The notes below the pieces were generated by a model. That model saw nothing but the letters and a program-made list of their open reading frames with translations. It was not told where the DNA came from and searched no databases. From Camelus dromedarius (lineage: Eukaryota), in the NCBI RefSeq assembly GCF_036321535.1, contig NC_087436.1:83144001-83208000 (forward strand): a stretch of DNA of 64,000 nucleotides, read 5' to 3'. Below, piece by piece: positions 23,730 to 36,189 of this stretch; position 1 is the first letter of the stretch, and each line of letters begins with the position of its first letter. The position numbers were made by a program, and so were the translations under genes.

Positions 23730-26700
23730 TTAGATTCCACATATGAGCGATCTCATATGGTATTTTTCTTTCTCTTTCTGGCTTACTTCACTTAGAATGA
23801 CATTCTCCAGGAGCATCCATGTTGCTGCAAATGGCATGATGTTGTCGGTTTTTATGGCTGAGTAGTATTCCATTGTATAAATATACCACCTCTTCTTTAT
23901 CCAGTCACCTGTTGATGGACATTTAGGCTGTTTCCATGTTTTGGCTATTGTAAATAGTGCTGCTATGAACATTGGGGTGCAGGTGTCATCCTGAAGTAGA
24001 TTTCCTTCTGGATACAAGCCCAGGAGTGGGATTCCTGGGTCATACGGTAAGTCTATTCCTAGTCTTTTGAGTAATCTCCACACTGTTTTCCATAGTGGCT
24101 GCACCAAACTGCATTCCCACCAGCAGTGTAGGAGGGTTCCCCTTTCTCCACAGCCTCTCCAGCATTTGTCATTTGTGGATTTTTGAATGACGGCCATTCT
24201 GACTGGTGTGAGGTGATACCTCATTGTAGTTTTGATTTGCATTTCTCTGATAATTAGTGATATTGAGCATTTTTTCATGTGCTTTTTGATCATTTGTATG
24301 TCTTCTTTGGAGAATTGCTTGTTTAGGTCTTCTGCCCATTTTTGGATTGGGTTGTTTATTTTTTCTTATTGAGTCGTATGAGCTGCTTATATATTCTGGA
24401 GATCAAGCCTTTGTCGGTTTCACTTGCAAAAATTTTCTCCCATTCCGTAGGTTTTCTTCTTGTTTTATTTCTGGTTTCCTTTGCTGTGCAGAAGCTTGTA
24501 AGTTTCATTAGGTCCCATTTGTTTATTCTTGCTTTTATTTCTTCTAGGAGAAAATTTTTGAAATGTATGTCAGATAATGTTTTGCCTATGTTTTCCTCTA
24601 GGAGGTTTATTGTATCTTGTCTTATGTTTAAGTCTTTAATCCATTTTGAGTTGATTTTTGTATATAGTGTAAGGGAGTGTTCTAGCTTCATTGTTTTACA
24701 TGCTGCTGTCCAGTTTTCCCAACACCATTTGCTGAAGAGACTGTCTTTATTCCAATGTATATTCTTGCCTCCTTTGTCGAAGATGAGTTGACCAAAAGTT
24801 TGTGGGTTCATTTCTGGGCTCTCTATTCTGTTCCATTGGTCTATATGTCTGTTTTGGTACCAATACCATGCTGTCTTGATGACTGTAGCTCTATAGTATT
24901 GTCTGAAGTCTGGGAGAGTTATTCGTCCAGCCTCTTTCTTTCTCTTCAGTAATGCTTTGGCAATTCTAGGTCTTTGATGGTTCCATATGAATTTTATTAT
25001 TATTTTTTCTAGTTCTGTGAAATATGTCCTGGGTAATTGGATAGGGATTGCATTAAATCTGTAGATTGCCTTGGGCAGTGTGACCATTTTAACAATATTG
25101 ATTCTTCCAATCCAAGAGCATGGAATATCTTTCCATTTTTTAAAGTCTTCTTTAATTTCCTTCATCAATGGTTTATAGTTTTCTGTGTATAATTCTTTCA
25201 CCTCCTTGGTTAGATTTATTCCCAGATATTTTATTACTTTGGGTGCTATTTTAAAGGGGATTGTTTCTTTACTTTCTTCTTCTATTGATTTATCGTTAGT
25301 GTAAAGAAATGCAACTGATTTTTGAACGTTAATTTTGTAACCTGCTACCTTGCTGAATTCTTCAATCAGCTCTAGTAGCTTTTGTGTGGACCTTTTAGGG
25401 TTTTCTATATATAGTAGCATGTCATTAGCATATAATGACACTTTTACCTCTTCTTTTCCAATTTGGATCCCTTTTATTTCTTTCTCTTGCCTGACTGCTG
25501 TGGCTAGGACTTCCAGGACTATGTTGAATAGGAGTGGTGATAGTGGGCATCCTTGTCTTGTCCCACATTTTAGTGGGAAGCTTTTGAGTTTTTCACCGTT
25601 GAGTACTATGCTGGCTGTAGGTTTGTCATATATAGCTTTTATTATGTTGAGATATGTTCCCTCTATACCCACTTTGGCGAGAGTTTTTATCATAAATGGG
25701 TGTTGAATTTTATCAAATGCTTTTTCTGCATCGATTGAGATGATCATGTGGTTTTTGTCCTTTCTCTTGTTGATGTGATGTATTACACTGATTGATTTGC
25801 GTATGTTGAACCAGCCTTGTGTCCCTGGGATGAACCCCACTTGGTCATGATGTATAATCTTTTTTATGTGTTGTTGGATTCTATTTGCTAAAATTTTGGT
25901 GAGGATTTTGGCGTCTATGTTCATCAGTGATATTGACCTATAATTCTCTTTTTTTGTAGTGTCTTTGCCTGGTTTTGGTATCAGGGTGATGGTGGCTTCA
26001 TAGAATGAGTTTGGGAGTATTCCCTCCTTTTCAATCGTCTGGAAGAGTTTGAGAAGGACTGGTATGAGTTCTTCTTTGTATGTTTGGTAGAATTCCCCGG
26101 TGAAGCCGTCCGGTCCTGGACTTTTATTTGTAGGGAGGTTTTTAATTGCTATTTCTATTTCCTTTCTAGTGATCAGATTGTTCAAGTGTTCAGATTCTTC
26201 TTGATTCAGTTTTGGTGGACAGTTTGTTTCCAGAAACTTGTCCATCTCCTCTAGGTTATCCAGTTTGGTTCCATATAGTTTTTCATAATATTCTCGTATG
26301 ATATTCTGTATTTCTATTTTGTTTGTTGTAATTTCTCCATTTTCCTTTCTTATTTTGCTAATTTGTGCTCTCTCTTTTTTCTTCTTTGTGAGTTTGGCCA
26401 GAGGTTTGTCGATTTTATTTACTTTTTCAAAAAACCAGCTTTTGGTTTGGTTGATTTTTTCTATGGTCTTGTTAATCTCTATTGTATTTAATTCCTCTCT
26501 GATCTTTATTATTTCCTTCCTTCTGCTGCTTTTTGGGGCTTTTTGTTCTTCTTTTTCTAATTCATTCAGGTGGTGGGTTAAATTGTTTATTTGAGATTGT
26601 TCTTCTTTTTTGAGGAAGGCCTGTATCGCTATAAACTTCCCTCTTAGCACTGCCTTTGCTGTGTCCCATAGGTTTTGAGTGGTTGTGCTTTCATTATCAT

Positions 26701-27526
26701 TTGTCTCAAGGTATTTTTTAATTTCAGCTTTGATTTCCTCATTGATCCATTGTTTTTTCAATAACATATTGTTTAATCTCCATGCTTTCCTTTTTTTCTC
26801 TTTTGTTTCTCTGTTGTTGATTTCCAGTTTCATGGCATTGTGGTCAGTAAAGATGCTTGAGATAATTTCTATCTTCTTAAAATTGTTGAGGTTTCTTTTG
26901 TGCCCAAGTACATGATCGATCCTGGAAAATGTTCCATGTGCACTTGAAAAGAATGTATATCCTATTTTTGGGGGGTGTAATGTTCTGAAAGTATCCACCA
27001 AATCTAGTTTTTCTATTGTAGTATTTAATTTCTCTGTTGCCTTGTTTATTTTCTGTCTGGAACATCTGTCTAGTGATGTTAATGCAGTGTTAAAATCTCC
27101 AACTATGATTGTATTCCCATCAATATCCCCCTTTATCTCTGTTAGTAATTCTTGTATGTACTTAGGTGCTCCTATATTGGGTGCATATATATTAACGAGT
27201 GTAATATCCTCATCTTGTATCACTCCTTTAATCATTATAAAATGTCCTTCTTTATCTTTCTTTATGGCCTTTGTTTTAAAGTCTATTTTGTCTGAAATCA
27301 GTACTGCAACACCTGCTTTTTTGGCTTTTCCATTTGCATGGAATATCCTTTTCCATCCTTTCACTCTCAATCTACATGTGTCCTTCTCCCTAAAGTGGGT
27401 CTCTTGTATGCAGCATATTGAAGGTTCTTGCTTTATTATCCAGTCTGCCACTCTGTGTCTTTTGACTGGAGCATTTAGTCCATTAACATTTACAGTAATT
27501 AATGATAGATGTGTGTTTATTGCCAT
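23730..27526 (-). pseudogene. L1 ORF2 (EN-RT-CCHC), disrupted
   Basis: 1056-aa ORF with APE endonuclease and RT; frameshift at the 6-A run 24359-24364, then continues to CWRGC...HCWWEC and a stop at 23730; RT motif reads YAND. Confidence 0.95.
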
Positions 27527-27930
27527 TTTGAACTTATCTTTGCAGTTGAATTGGTATATCCCCTTTGTTCCTTTCTTCTTCCTTTTGTGGTTTGGTAATT
27601 TTCCTTTGTATTATCATGGATTTTATTTAATTTTTGTGACTCATTTGTAAATTTTTGGCTTGTGGTTACCCTTTTTTGTATATCTATCAACCCATTACTA
27701 TAACTGTTTTTATTAAACTGATAGTAACATAATCTCAAACCCATCCTACTGTTAAAAAAATTTAAAAAAGAAAGAAAAAAATATTCTATATTTCCCTGCC
27801 TCCCTCTCCCACTCTCAGTGATTTGTATGTCTTCTTTTATAATTTCATGTTTACTTTATTTGTAATTCATGAGTTATCACCTTTCCAGTTGTGTGTTTCT
27901 CATTTCTGTAGCATCCTGCTGCTTTTCTAT

Positions 27931-28824
27931 TTAGAATAGCCCTTTCAATATTTCTTTTAGCATGGGTTTAGTGTTGCTAAACTCCTGCAGCTTTTTTTTG
28001 TCTGTGAAACTCTTTATTTCTCCTTCTATCCTCAAGGATAGCCTTGCTGGATAAAGGATCCTAGGCTGCATCTTTTTTTCATTCAGGGCTTTGAATATAT
28101 CTTGCCACTCCCTTCTGGCCTGTAGTGTTTGTGTAGAGAAATCAGCTGAGAGCCTTATGGGGGTTCCCTTGTAACTTACTCTTTGCTTTTCTCTTGCTGC
28201 CTTTAGAATCATTTCTTTATCCTTGACTCTGGCCATCTTGATTATGATATGTCTTGGTGTGGGTCTATTTGGGTTCTTCCTGTTTGGGACCCTCTGAGCT
28301 TCCTGTACTTGGATATCTGATTCCTTCTTTAAGTTTTCAGTCATGATTTCTTCAAAAACCTTTTCAATCCCCTTTGATCTTTCTTCTCCTTCTGGGACCC
28401 CTATCATGCGAAGATTGGGATGCTTTATATTATCCCATAGGTCCCTTATGCTATTTTCATTATTTTTTATTTGCTTCTCTTGTAGTTCTTCTGAATGGGT
28501 GCTTTCTATTGCCCTGTCTTCTAGATCACTAATTCGTTCCTCTGCATTATCTAGTCCGCTTTGCACAGCTATTAGATCATTCCTCATCTCTGTCAATGAG
28601 TTTACCCATTCTACTTGGCTCTTCTTTATAGCTTCAATTTCATTTTTGACATATTTTATATCTCTAAACACTATCTCTTTTAATTCCTTCAGCAATTCGA
28701 TCACTCCTTTTTTGAAATCTTGATCTAGTAGGCTATCGATGTCTATTTCATTGATCTTTCTTTCAGGGGATTTCTCTTGTTCTTTTAATTGGGAAAGGTT
28801 TTTCTGCTTCTTCATCTTGCTCAT
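27931..28824 (-). CDS. L1 ORF1p (297 aa, uninterrupted)
   Basis: coiled coil, NLRMIGVPEGEE, RPTPRHIIIK, IRLSADFS, ARREWQDIF, ILYPARLS motifs. Confidence 0.93.
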   Translation of the reverse strand: MSKMKKQKNLSQLKEQEKSPERKINEIDIDSLLDQDFKKGVIELLKELKEIVFRDIKYVKNEIEAIKKSQVEWVNSLTEMRNDLIAVQSGLDNAEERISDLEDRAIESTHSEELQEKQIKNNENSIRDLWDNIKHPNLRMIGVPEGEERSKGIEKVFEEIMTENLKKESDIQVQEAQRVPNRKNPNRPTPRHIIIKMARVKDKEMILKAAREKQRVSYKGTPIRLSADFSTQTLQARREWQDIFKALNEKKMQPRILYPARLSLRIEGEIKSFTDKKKLQEFSNTKPMLKEILKGLF

Positions 28825-30832
28825 ACCTCTTTGGCACTGTGGTTTATGGAGTATCAGTTGTTTATTTTGGTCCTTAAGGATTTTATTTATCTAATGCCTA
28901 TTTAGGAATAGAACTTAGGAAAAAAAGAAAAAAAAATAAGAGAGAAAGAATTTTAAAAGAAGGGAGAAAGAGGGTTTGAAAACAGTGTATAATGAATAAC
29001 AGAAGAGTGAGTTGAAGCAGAGTATTAATCGGGTTGAGACGTCCTTTTAAAACCTTTACAAAAAAGGGGGGGGGGGGAGATGAATAGATGTATTTGAAAC
29101 CTGTGTCTAATCAATAGCAGGACATCAAAACCCAAGAGAAATAGAAATGAATTAAGAAGTAAAAATTAAGAGAGTAATAGAAAATAGAACAGGTAAAAAT
29201 AGATTTAAAAAAAAGGGGGGGGGGTTTGTCGGTGTTCTCCTGGAGTCTGTTTTTAATGTGAAGTCTTTCTGTCTTCGTCCTGTTTTGGAAGCTCAGCTTG
29301 CTGTTTTCAGAGGCCCTCCGTTGGCGCCCTCTTCTGTGCTGCTCCCAGCACCTGTCGGCAAGCAGATCGCGCCTCCTCCTAACACTGGGTCAGGTGCAGC
29401 TCTCTGCTGTGGGCGGGCGGGTCGCTGCCCCTCCGGATGCCGCAGTCAGATGTTGCAGACTGGCCAGGTAGGAGGGCGGGTCGTGCCCCCTCCCAGCACC
29501 TCGGTCAGGGGCTGTGTTCCTGCCCGAAAGGCGGGGTGCCGCTCTCCCTCTACCTGCACCGCCGGTAGTTCCGCTCTCTGTGCGGCTGCGCGCTCCGCCC
29601 TGGTCAGCGCTCCGCGGGTGGGCTCGGGGAAGACCGAGGGACAGCCCTGTCCCTGCTCCAAGCCAAAACCCAGCTCCTTGTTTGTCTTTGTGGAGCAAGT
29701 TCTCTGAGGGACCAGGATGGAAGGATCCTATCTGCCCCGGGCTGCAGGCCAGTCTCAGTCTGGCCTTTGAGGCTGCTAAGCCCTTCGGTGCGGATGCAGG
29801 TTTCGCCCCCGCCCCCGCCTGAGTGCTCAGCGCGGAGGATATGGCGGCTGGGCCTGAGCCCCGCCTCTCTTCCCCCGAAAACTTTCCGCGGGTTTTCAGA
29901 GATGGGGGTGTGCACCCTTCCCCCGAGAGCACATCAACCTTGCTGTTTTATGGAGGGCCCAGGTTGTTCTGCCCTGTGCACCCACAGCCACGGTGCGCAG
30001 CCCCTTGCGTTCCCCCGGGGCTGCCTCCGTGCAGCCACTTCCGTCCTCCGCCCTGCTTGTACAGCCTGGCCCTGCCCGCTGCTGCCGGCCCGCGTCTCAG
30101 GCTGGGTGTTCGGGGGGACGCTCTGTGCCCGTTTAACTTAGTTCTGTTAGTCAAGGGCTGCTCTGTACAGATCCGAGCCTCGGAGGCTCCCCCTCCGTTC
30201 CGCTGGCCTCTCAGTTGGAGAGGGGAGACCCAGCGAGCGAGCGCCAGTCCTCCTTTGCCGCTCCCTCCCCGCGGGACCCATCCCGCGCTGCTTTGCCTTT
30301 TGTTCTTTCTTTTTTCCTTTTCTCCTACCAGATTTTTGGCGTCTTTATCTTTTGAAGAGGGCGATGTTCTGTCGGAGTTCCGCAGATGCTCTGGTTGGCT
30401 GAGTGGGTCTGTAGATGTGGGTCTTGGTGTATTTGTGGGAGAGGGTGACCTGCGAGCGTCCTTCTACTCCGCCATCTTCTCCGTGTCTCCTCCACCCAGG
30501 TTTGCTCCTCTTCCTGTGTTCTCTGTATCAGAGGATGAAACTATCATCTACCCAGTTACACAAGCCAGTCACCTAGGGATCATCCTTGACACATCACTCT
30601 TCTCATGTCCTCATCACTCCTCATCCACTTTTTCTCCAAAATGTATCTCAAACACATGCACTCTGTCCTTCTCCAGAGCCAGCTCCCTAGTCTTGCTACC
30701 ATCACCTCTTGCTTTTGCCTGGACAATAGCCACTCCTTTCTAACTGGTTTCTCAGTATCCACTCTTCCCATCCTTTCAGCTCATGCTCCAGTTCAAGCGA
30801 TTGTTTTGAAAGGCAAAGATGTTCATGTTAAA

Positions 30833-30834
<2 letters not shown>

Positions 30835-30874
<40 letters not shown>
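30835..30874. repeat. (AC)20 microsatellite
   Basis: direct reading. Confidence 0.95.
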
Positions 30875-30878
<4 letters not shown>

Positions 30879-32981
30879 CAGCGCTTTCCTCCATTAACAG
30901 CTCAGTAACTTCCTTTTTCTCTTACAAAAATAAAAATTTAACAAAGCCTGTGAACTACTGCATGTTCTGGTCCTATCCTACCTCTCCAAACTCATCTTAT
31001 TTCCACTCTACCACTTACTGATTCTAACCTCGGATAGGTTACTTCTCTGTGCCTTAGTTTTTCCATCTGTGAAATGGGAATAATAATAGCATCTTCCACT
31101 TAGGATTGTTGTGAGGATCAGTGTAAAGTACTTAATCTTACTAGTAGTACACAACATTGTAAATCAACTAAACTTCAGCAAAAAAGAAAGAAGATAGAAA
31201 AAAACCTTACTAGTAGTTACTGTACAGTTAGCTCTCATTAGTGTGTCTTAGCTCTTTCAATTGCTCTGATGTTTTTTTCTCAAAGGTGTCATAGTTCCAT
31301 CCATCATAGGACCTCTGTATGGCCTGCAAAGCCTAAAATACTTACTCTCTGGCCCTATACTTGGCCCTTCAGTGTACAGAAGTTTACTGACACCTGACCT
31401 AGGCAATTGATTTACTTTTCTTATTACTATTAAGTGAATAGGTAACTATTAGAAAATACATATATTTTAGGGTTGGAGTGGGAAAAAATCAATACCTAAG
31501 AAATTTGATAATTTAAGGCCATAATGGAAAAGTACATGTATTGACTATTCTCTGAGTATAAAAATAACTTTGATGTTCAGATTTTAATCATTATCAGCAT
31601 AGGGATAATATGTAGGGTGGTGAGAGGACACGTTCCGTGGACAGGCTGCAGTTAGGAAAAAAGACCTCTGTTTCTTTAACCATAAGACTAAGGACGGAAA
31701 CCTTAGAGTCAAGTTCAGCTTACTCCTTCCTTCTTCATGTCTACTCTGCCCACGGTGTCTTTAGCTGCCAGAGGACAGCCAGGCAACCAGCTGCTACTTT
31801 GCACACTAGGCTAAAATAAGCAGGGACTTAATGTGAGAAGGAGGGTTAAAAAGTGTCAGTGAGCAAACTGACTGACTTATGACTAATACTTGGCAGAATC
31901 AGCAAGAGGATACTGGACTGCGGATGGATTACCTCAGCCCTGAACAGAAAGGCATGCATGATAATGGAGCCAGGCAAAATGTCAAAGAAAAAACAAATAT
32001 TTTTTAACAGCTAAACAACAAAGAAATAAGGAATTTTCCCTAGTGTCTCTAGAGTTGGACATTGTGATTAAAGTTGCCCTTCACCAAAGAAAGCAATTAA
32101 CTTAGGATTTTGCAGGAAGTTAAGAATTTCAAGAGGAAGGAAAACTGTACAGGAAGACTAGCCAACAGGTCAAGGAAGGCAGCTGTGAGAATTTTCACAT
32201 TTTGGACACTGCTATTTTTGTTTAAGCGAGAAGAGAAACTTCTTTGCTCACTGTTAGTAACAGTGAAGCCCTAGACCCGAAAAGAGAACAATCCTCTTTC
32301 CCTGTGCACCATGCATTCTGCTGGATCTGTTCAGTCAGCGGTCAGGTAGGGATGGGGTGCCGGTTCTCACCGAGGCACTGGGCATCCTCTGTAGCAAAGT
32401 AGACAGAAATCCTGCCTTCATGGAGCATGTAGTTGGGCAGGAGAAGAGGACATCATAAACCCTGGAAATCAGTATATTCTGTAATACTCAGAGGCTGAGA
32501 GATGCGATGGAAAAAACAGAGCAGAGAGGGAGTGGTGGTGAAGGGGTGAGTCTAACCTTAAATCATGTGGTCAGGAGAGGCCACTCGGAGAACGTGGCAC
32601 ATGAAGAAAGACTTGAAGGAGGTGACACTTAAGCCCCGTGCATGTCAGGGATGAGGACTCCAGGCAGAGGGACCGAGAGCGCAAAGGTTCTGAGATGATG
32701 GGTGCCTGGCATTCTGAAGAGACTGTAAGGAGTCCCGGTGGGTCCAGGAGAACAAGCAAGGAAGCATTTAGGAATGAGATTGGAGCGTCGAGGGGCTGGT
32801 GCCTAGATTGTAGAGCCTCATAGGCTTTGACTTTTACTTTGGGTGAAATGGGTAAAATCCTCTTCTTTAAAGTGGAGATTTGAGATCTAAGCTCTGAAAT
32901 CCACTCTGAAGCCTCCACATCTTCTGCCACTCTGTTTTGCCCCTGATCATCCCCACCTCCTCCAGAATATCACTGTAACAC

Positions 32982-33292
32982 CAGGGCCAAGATTAGGGTT
33001 GAGAGAAGCTTGTGCCTCCCCTGTGAAATTTAAGAGGCGCCCAAACTCTTAGTAGCTACTGATTTTCCTTTTGCCTCAGTCTCTGATGTGGTACAGAGCA
33101 CCACTGTTACTGATCCCATCTTTATGTAAATTTTGCTATTTCGTGCATCATGGGTTTGGGGCATTAATTTTGATTTCTAAAGATACTGCATTAAAATATG
33201 ATTTGATTGGCTGAGTGTTTTGGGCACCCCTTCCCCTTAAATGTTGTGCCCAAGGCAAGTGCCCCACTTACCTCATCCTAATCCCCACCCTG
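32982..33292. mobile_element. hAT-type MITE, followed by a MER58-like fragment (about 33320-33600)
   Basis: inverted ends cagggccaagattagggt / atcctaatccccaccctg. Confidence 0.6.
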
Positions 33293-36189
33293 ACGCTTTC
33301 TCTTCTCCCAGTCTCCCCGGCATCGGTCTGCAGTGGCCGGACAGTAAAGACTGCAGCCTTTTCAGGCAGTAGCCTCTGTCGCACTCTGTCCCTGGGATAC
33401 AAAAGCAGCCATAGACAGCAAACAAGTGAGACTGACGATGTTGCAGCAAATCTTTATTAATAGACACTGAAGTTTGAATTTCATATAATTTCCATGTGTC
33501 ATGAAATATTATTCTTCCTTAGATTTTTCTTTCCCCCAATCATTTGAAAATGTACAATGATTCTCTCAGCTCACAGGCTATACAAACACGGGGCAGACCA
33601 GGTGGGAAGCCTTGATCAGAAGTGTCGATGGCCTGAGGACACTCTTTCAGAAGTACTGTTCTCTCACCCCTTGTGGTTGCTAAGATGGCTCCAGGTTACT
33701 ACATCCCAGACAAATGTTCAGGGCCTCTCTGTTTGGCCCATGTTTTCTATTGAATCTTCCTCTCCTCCCCCAATACACACTCTGTGTGGGACCAGACTCA
33801 CTGTTCTCTAAACACACTGGGTTCATTGTTTGCTACCAGCTTTTGACTGTTGCTTTTTGTGTCTCAGATCAGCCCTCCCTTCTCTCTCCAGCATCCCTGC
33901 AAGGTCACATTTCTTTTCTGACTCCAGCAACCAGGAGTGGCATCCTTTCTTCCTCTGAACTCTGTCCACAGTTGTCGTATGTGTGCGTATTGTGTTCCAG
34001 ATGAAATTCCTCATTCTCTGTAAATCCTTCGGAGTGCCTAGTCCGGAGCTGAGAATATGGTGGAGGCTTGGTACTCAGGAACTTATCTCCTCTTAAAATC
34101 AACCTTCAAATAGTCAATGGGACTGCTGACATTCTTAGGACGTGCCCTCTGAATCTGAGGGGGAGGGTAATCATTTTGATGCAAAGATAATGATCTATGC
34201 TCTCTTGCTCCTTTGCCTTGTGATTTGCGGCATTTGGGGGTCATGCGATTTCTAAGATTATTATCCAAGTGCCTTTGAATGTACTTCCATCATACCTCCT
34301 ACTTTTTCCTGATTCACCAATTTACTGAATGAAACCCTCGGGGTAAATGGAGACCTGTTTGACTGCTTTCAGTTAATAGAAGAGGAGAAACGTACAGTCA
34401 TTTATTAAACACCTACTTAAATTGTAAGTGGTCTGCTAGGGATTCTGCATAAGGCAGGAATGTTCTTCCCGATTTTCAGATGAGGAGGTGGAGGTTCAGA
34501 AAAGTTCAGTAACTCATATGAGTCCAAGTGGTGGGAATAAAATGAAACACTCAGGAGGTAACTGTGAAGGAATTTATAGAAGTTTAACCTCACTGGTTAG
34601 ACTGAGGCATCACCTGTCTTTCTGTACTTGCCTCATCTCTGTATCGCAGCCTTTCACCCTCGCTCCTACCAAACTCTCTAATATTCACGATGCATTTGTG
34701 AGATAACGTGTAAAGCTCATGGCAGAGTCTACACATGACACTCACTCCAAAGGTGTTCTGTTTTCTTCCTCTCTAAACCCCTTCCACTTCTATCCCCCAA
34801 CCTCTACAGACCTCTTTAAAATTGAATGGCTATTTAAATTGTAATTAGTACTATGATTTACCAAATTACGTTAAGGTGGAAAATCAGAAGCATAAACATT
34901 TAAATGTATGAGCTCCAAAGCATGTAACCTAGGACCCAATATTTGTGGTAGATGTTCTGCAAATTCTTGTTGAGCTAAACTGGCATGGGAGAAGCTTCTT
35001 TAGATGTATATATAAGATAATCAGGTCCCACATTTGACTGAAATTCTGGTGCTCCTGTGTTTCATTCTTTTCAATGGTTCCCCATTGCTTAATAGAATTC
35101 ATTTTGAGGGGCCTGGCCTCCTAAACCTACCATGGCCTCCTATCTTCCCATCTGGTTATCTTTGCTTCCATATCCATTCCAGGCCCCAAGCAGATTGGCC
35201 TAGTCAACCTCCTCTGACAGAAAGGTTTAAAGATCTTTTGCATTTTGTCTTTAAAACATGAATATTATTTACAAAACCACGTTGTGCATCTCACATTACC
35301 TGTGCTTCTTTGCTCATGCCAATTCTCCATCTCAGATTCCTTTGCATCCCTTTCTGTAAGCTGAAATTCCCCACATTCTTTATGGTACTCTGCAGTGGCA
35401 ACATCCTCCGTGAAACTCACCCTGCTCTCCTTGGCCAAAATGATTCTTTCTCTGAGTGCCTGTAACACTTTGTGTCCTCCCAACCTTGAGACTCTTCACA
35501 GGTAGCCTTTACGGTAACTGCTAGTGTATGTATCTCATCTGATCCGTGAGATTTAATCATCTTGAGGCAGAAATTCCATGCAGTTTCTCAAGTGGTGCCT
35601 TGTATAAGTGTGGTACTCAGTAAATGAAAATTAAGTGAATGAATGGAAAGTGAACACAAAAAGTGTAGGGAGTCACTTTCCCCTTTTAGGGAAAGGATTT
35701 TGAACTACTCTATCAACTATTTATAGGAATACTTCCTTAAATAGAGAGTGGGTTTTTTTTTCCCCCTCATTCTCCAGGAAACAATTTCTTTTTGATAGAG
35801 TGTGAAATTTGGAAGGAAATATTTTAAAATTCTACTTGGGAGATGAGAAAATGAGAAAAAGTGTCAACATGTTCATTACTGGAAGTGTTAGGATAAAGCA
35901 AAGTTACACTATTGTATTGTCAGCTCACCCACCACAAGAATATTTTAGTTAGTAACATGACACCTAAAAGAGAAGAAAGTGATGAGTAAGTAATAATGAG
36001 GCCCCTGCTTCAAACGTGTGAGTCTTAGAAGAAATAATTCTCAGCTTCTAATATAACAACCTAGGGAGGCACAAATCTACTTCTTTTTTCTTTTTTCTTT
36101 TTTTTTTTCCTACAAACCTAAAAATTTAAAGTAAACTGAACTCTGATCACAAGATGGGCAGCAGTGGGTTTATATATATATATATATAT

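Larger units (their letters stand above)
23401..30487 (-). mobile_element. full-length young LINE-1 (about 7.1 kb)
   Basis: poly(A) tail from 23401, ORF2, ORF1, CpG-rich 5'UTR with YY1-type AAGATGGCG at 30470-30478; TSD tcctccacccaggttt at 23388-23403 and 30488-30503. Confidence 0.97.
23200..30830 (+). mobile_element. ancient L2 fragment split by the young L1 (23200-23400 plus 30501-30830)
   Basis: flanks join across the TSD into L2-like sequence (atcatctacccagtt...catccttgac...cctggac); similar L2 relics at about 48490-49450, 55060-55800 and 61280-62900. Confidence 0.6.

Noticed and set aside
24342..28723. Plus-strand ORFs of 65-202 aa inside the L1
   Set aside because: Antisense shadows of the L1 ORFs.
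31690..34270. Further minus-strand exon-like islands (about 31710-31810 and 34083-34152)
   Set aside because: They could be upstream parts of the fossil gene, but I see no convincing motif.
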